From NCBI GenBank assembly GCA_021159525.1, contig JAGHEC010000092.1:1-27378 (forward strand): a stretch of 27,378 nt of DNA, given 5' to 3'. Made by a program: the position numbers and the translations under genes. Below, in pieces: positions 24,919 through 27,378 of the stretch; position 1 is the first letter of the stretch, and every line of letters begins with the position of its first letter. The DNA is from Deltaproteobacteria bacterium. Its GTDB lineage: Bacteria; Desulfobacterota; DSM-4660; Desulfatiglandales; Desulfatiglandaceae. A model generated the notes under the pieces. That model made no database searches. It was not told the origin of the DNA and worked only from the letters and a program-made list of their open reading frames with translations.

Positions 24919-25722
24919 ATGCAGGACAACATTCGACTCCTAATCAATAACATCAGCGTGGTCTATTCCGACGTTATACAGGTCCTCAAGGGAGTTTCGC
25001 TCACCATCCGGGAGGGCCAGGCGGTCTCCCTCTTGGGAAGCAACGGGGCCGGAAAGACGACCACCCTCAAGGCCATCTCCGGACTGCTCAAGCCTGAAAA
25101 CGGCAAGGTGACTGAAGGATCGATCGAATACGACGGCAAGCCGGTCCAGAATTCGGCTCCTGAAGAGATCACACGCAAAGGGATTATCCAGGTCCTGGAA
25201 GGTCGGCAGGAATTCAAATATCTGACCGTGGAAGAAAATCTTAGGGTGGGGACCGCCACCCGATGGGGAAAACCCTACCAGAAGGACCTGGAATTGGTTT
25301 ACAACTATTTTCCCGCCCTCTTGGCGAGAAAAAAGTCCATGGCAGGCTACTGCAGCGGCGGTGAACTCCAGATGCTGGTAATCGGAAGGGCCTTAATGGC
25401 CCATCCCAAGCTGCTCCTTTTGGATGAGCCCTCCTTAGGCCTTGCCCCGCTCCTGGTCAAGGAGATCTTCCAGATCATCAAACGGATCAACCAGGAGCAG
25501 GGAACCACCCTGATGGTGGTAGAGCAGAACGCCAATATGGCCCTCCAGATCGCCCACTACGGGTATGTCATGGAAAACGGCAAGATCGTTCTCGAGAGCA
25601 ATGCAAAGGACCTCATGGAAAACCCTGATGTAAAAGAATTCTATTTGGGCACGGCCGCCTCAGGGGCACTCAAATCCTATAAGAATGTCAAAGCCTACAA
25701 ACGTCGCAAACGGTGGCTGTAA
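24919..25722 (+). CDS. ABC transporter ATP-binding protein, LivF-like
   Basis: Walker A GSNGAGKT, SGGELQML.IGRALMAHPKLLLLDEPSLGLAP, VEQNA, YVMENG. Confidence 0.93.
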   Translation: MQDNIRLLINNISVVYSDVIQVLKGVSLTIREGQAVSLLGSNGAGKTTTLKAISGLLKPENGKVTEGSIEYDGKPVQNSAPEEITRKGIIQVLEGRQEFKYLTVEENLRVGTATRWGKPYQKDLELVYNYFPALLARKKSMAGYCSGGELQMLVIGRALMAHPKLLLLDEPSLGLAPLLVKEIFQIIKRINQEQGTTLMVVEQNANMALQIAHYGYVMENGKIVLESNAKDLMENPDVKEFYLGTAASGALKSYKNVKAYKRRKRWL

Positions 25723-25775
25723 TCTCACTGTTAAAAGAACCCTTGCTTGGACGAATATCTCAGGCGGTTCGCCGG

Positions 25776-25789
25776 GTGCCTTGCGGCAC
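25776..25789 (+). terminator. Weak candidate terminator after the ABC operon
   Basis: GTGCC-TTGC-GGCAC hairpin followed by agcctttactt. Confidence 0.25.
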
Positions 25790-25931
25790 AGCCTTTACTT
25801 CCCTGCCTGTTTCGTTCAGGCGCGGATGCATGCAATGTTCATGACCGGCCGCCGGCATCCGCCCCAGGCCTTTTGACGGTCTGGACCGGGCCCTGCCCCG
25901 CACTGCATCCATGACCGGAGTTTGGCGCCTT

Positions 25932-27378
25932 ATGGGTTCTATCAATCCCCACCCCCAACAGAGCCTTTCGCAAGAAGGCCCTTTTCAGTTCATCAACCCC
26001 GAGGATTTTCCATCATTGGGGATCGATCCCTCTTCCGTCCCATTAGGCACTTTTGCCTCATTCAAACATCCCTCCCAACTTCGGAGCAGATTCGGCGGCA
26101 ACGCCTATGGATTCGGCCTGTTTGAGGATTATGACCGGCTTAAACCCGGCGAAATCGGACGTCTCCAGTCTATCAATCTTCACAATCCGGACGAGATTCG
26201 CGCCCATTACAAGGAACTCAACGAGATCTACCGGAAGATGGGGCTGCTGATTCGGTTTTCCAGCCACGGGAAGCGCTACTACCTGATCCCTGTCCACCTC
26301 ATGTCAAGCTCCATTATTCATGTCATGGCCAAGGTGGATGAAATAAGCAAGACCGTCGGATTTCATCGGAAAAAATTCCTCAAGGAATACCACAAGATCG
26401 GGGTGTTGTGCCGGCCGGACGACCTGATCCTGGAGGAGCTGAACTTACGGCTCAAGGAACACCATTTCATTGTCCTTGATTCTTCAGAAAAGCTGTTGAA
26501 CCTCGATCAGAAACTGGATCTTGTCATATTGCCCGGTGATATGTACGAGATTGTTCTGATGGAGAAGTTCAGTCCCTTGGCCCGGGAGGCCCTGTCAAAG
26601 AGGCGCCTCGATCAGTACTGCGCCTATCTGCTCTGGAAAATCCGCAACGTATTGAAACCGGAGGAAGGCGAAATCCTGATCCTGGCCGACCACATCACGG
26701 CCAGAACCCATCAGAGCGTGGAGGTGACCTTCAAGACCGAACACGAAGAAAAAAACTTCCTGTTGTTCACCCATGTCTTCGGCACCCGCAAGCGGTATCA
26801 GATCAAGGATCACAAGGCCCGGGTAAATGTCTTCGATTTCCAGAAATATCTGAGCGCCTCTTTTGTGGAACAGGAAGGGATCAACCAGTTGCTCGGGGGA
26901 AGGTCTTTTGAAGAGTTGACGGTTGAGGAGATCCAGGATCTCCCCTACCTCAGTACCCCGTTCGAGGACTGGCCCTTTTTCATAGATCAAGAAAAGGCCT
27001 GGTCCAAGCTCTTGTCCCCCTTTTTTGACAAGGCATTTCTCAAGCCCGTGGTTCCTGATACAGTGAGAAGGGAGTGGGAAAAGCGATTTTCGTGCAAGGA
27101 TTATTCTCCCAAATACATGCTGATCTATCTGGGCCAGGAAAAGCCGGTAAAAACCACGGTAAGCGACGTCAAAAAGGATGTGGCCAAATCCAACCTCATG
27201 GGGTGCCCGATTGAACTGGTGGCGGATTACCGGAATTCTTTTGAATATCTTATACGTACCCTCAAGATCCTGGGGGGAAGGCTCAAGAGAGAGGGCCATC
27301 AGGCCCTGCCTCAGGTCTTTATCGACCGCCTGACCCTGCCCCTTGAAAGCAAGAGCAGGAGGTTCAGCGCCCTCAACG
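25932..27378 (+). CDS. Large hypothetical protein, 3'-truncated by the window edge (at least 482 aa)
   Basis: Read by hand: ATG 25932 (GGAG at 25917-25920) opens a frame with no stop to the end of the window, MGSINPHPQQ...SRRFSALN. It is absent from the ORF track, probably because no stop codon is in the window. Confidence 0.85.
   Translation, partial: MGSINPHPQQSLSQEGPFQFINPEDFPSLGIDPSSVPLGTFASFKHPSQLRSRFGGNAYGFGLFEDYDRLKPGEIGRLQSINLHNPDEIRAHYKELNEIYRKMGLLIRFSSHGKRYYLIPVHLMSSSIIHVMAKVDEISKTVGFHRKKFLKEYHKIGVLCRPDDLILEELNLRLKEHHFIVLDSSEKLLNLDQKLDLVILPGDMYEIVLMEKFSPLAREALSKRRLDQYCAYLLWKIRNVLKPEEGEILILADHITARTHQSVEVTFKTEHEEKNFLLFTHVFGTRKRYQIKDHKARVNVFDFQKYLSASFVEQEGINQLLGGRSFEELTVEEIQDLPYLSTPFEDWPFFIDQEKAWSKLLSPFFDKAFLKPVVPDTVRREWEKRFSCKDYSPKYMLIYLGQEKPVKTTVSDVKKDVAKSNLMGCPIELVADYRNSFEYLIRTLKILGGRLKREGHQALPQVFIDRLTLPLESKSRRFSALN

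Noticed and set aside
25740-25920. GC-rich intergenic region with several small hairpins as a possible riboswitch or ncRNA
   Set aside because: I recognised no conserved riboswitch motifs. An Rfam/Infernal scan would be needed to make any claim.
489-27299. Numerous antisense and alternate-frame ORFs in the track (e.g. 3107-4426, 23725-24723, 26595-27299)
   Set aside because: They are shadows of well-supported genes on the other strand or frame and carry no recognisable motifs.
1-27378. CRISPR array, prophage, transposase or defence genes
   Set aside because: No regularly spaced repeat-spacer units and no recognisable motifs for these proteins.

Overview
A ~27 kb chromosomal segment that looks like an anaerobic deltaproteobacterium (Desulfobacterota-like, inferred from gene content). 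Left to right: two paralogous Cache-domain histidine kinase/receiver modules, a receiver-CBS protein, a divergent DASS/SLC13 transporter, a 51-aa membrane protein and a Yip1-like protein. Next is an overlapping three-gene unit: PAS-PAS-GAF-GAF kinase, TIGR01212-type radical SAM protein and an Ogt/MGMT DNA alkyltransferase. On the minus strand follow three small genes, tRNA-Met(CAT) and fadR-etfB-etfA. Divergent from these is a Liv-type ABC transporter operon with an embedded acyl-CoA ligase. A long ORF (at least 482 codons) missing from the ORF track runs off the right edge. The best finding is that the MGMT gene has an in-frame TGA exactly at the active-site Cys of PCHRV. The conserved C-terminus continues in frame and a SECIS-like hairpin starts 11 nt after the TGA, so this is probably a selenocysteine DNA-repair protein (PUHRV). 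Also notable: a Cys-rich insertion in the kinase ATPase domain, a Bacillus-type FadR operator, a sigma-54 promoter, altered substrate-site motifs in the DASS transporter, three copies of a 115-130 nt MITE/REP-like repeat, and a 5' leader with a possible leaderless uORF. Family assignments come from motif recognition and memory; no searches were run.
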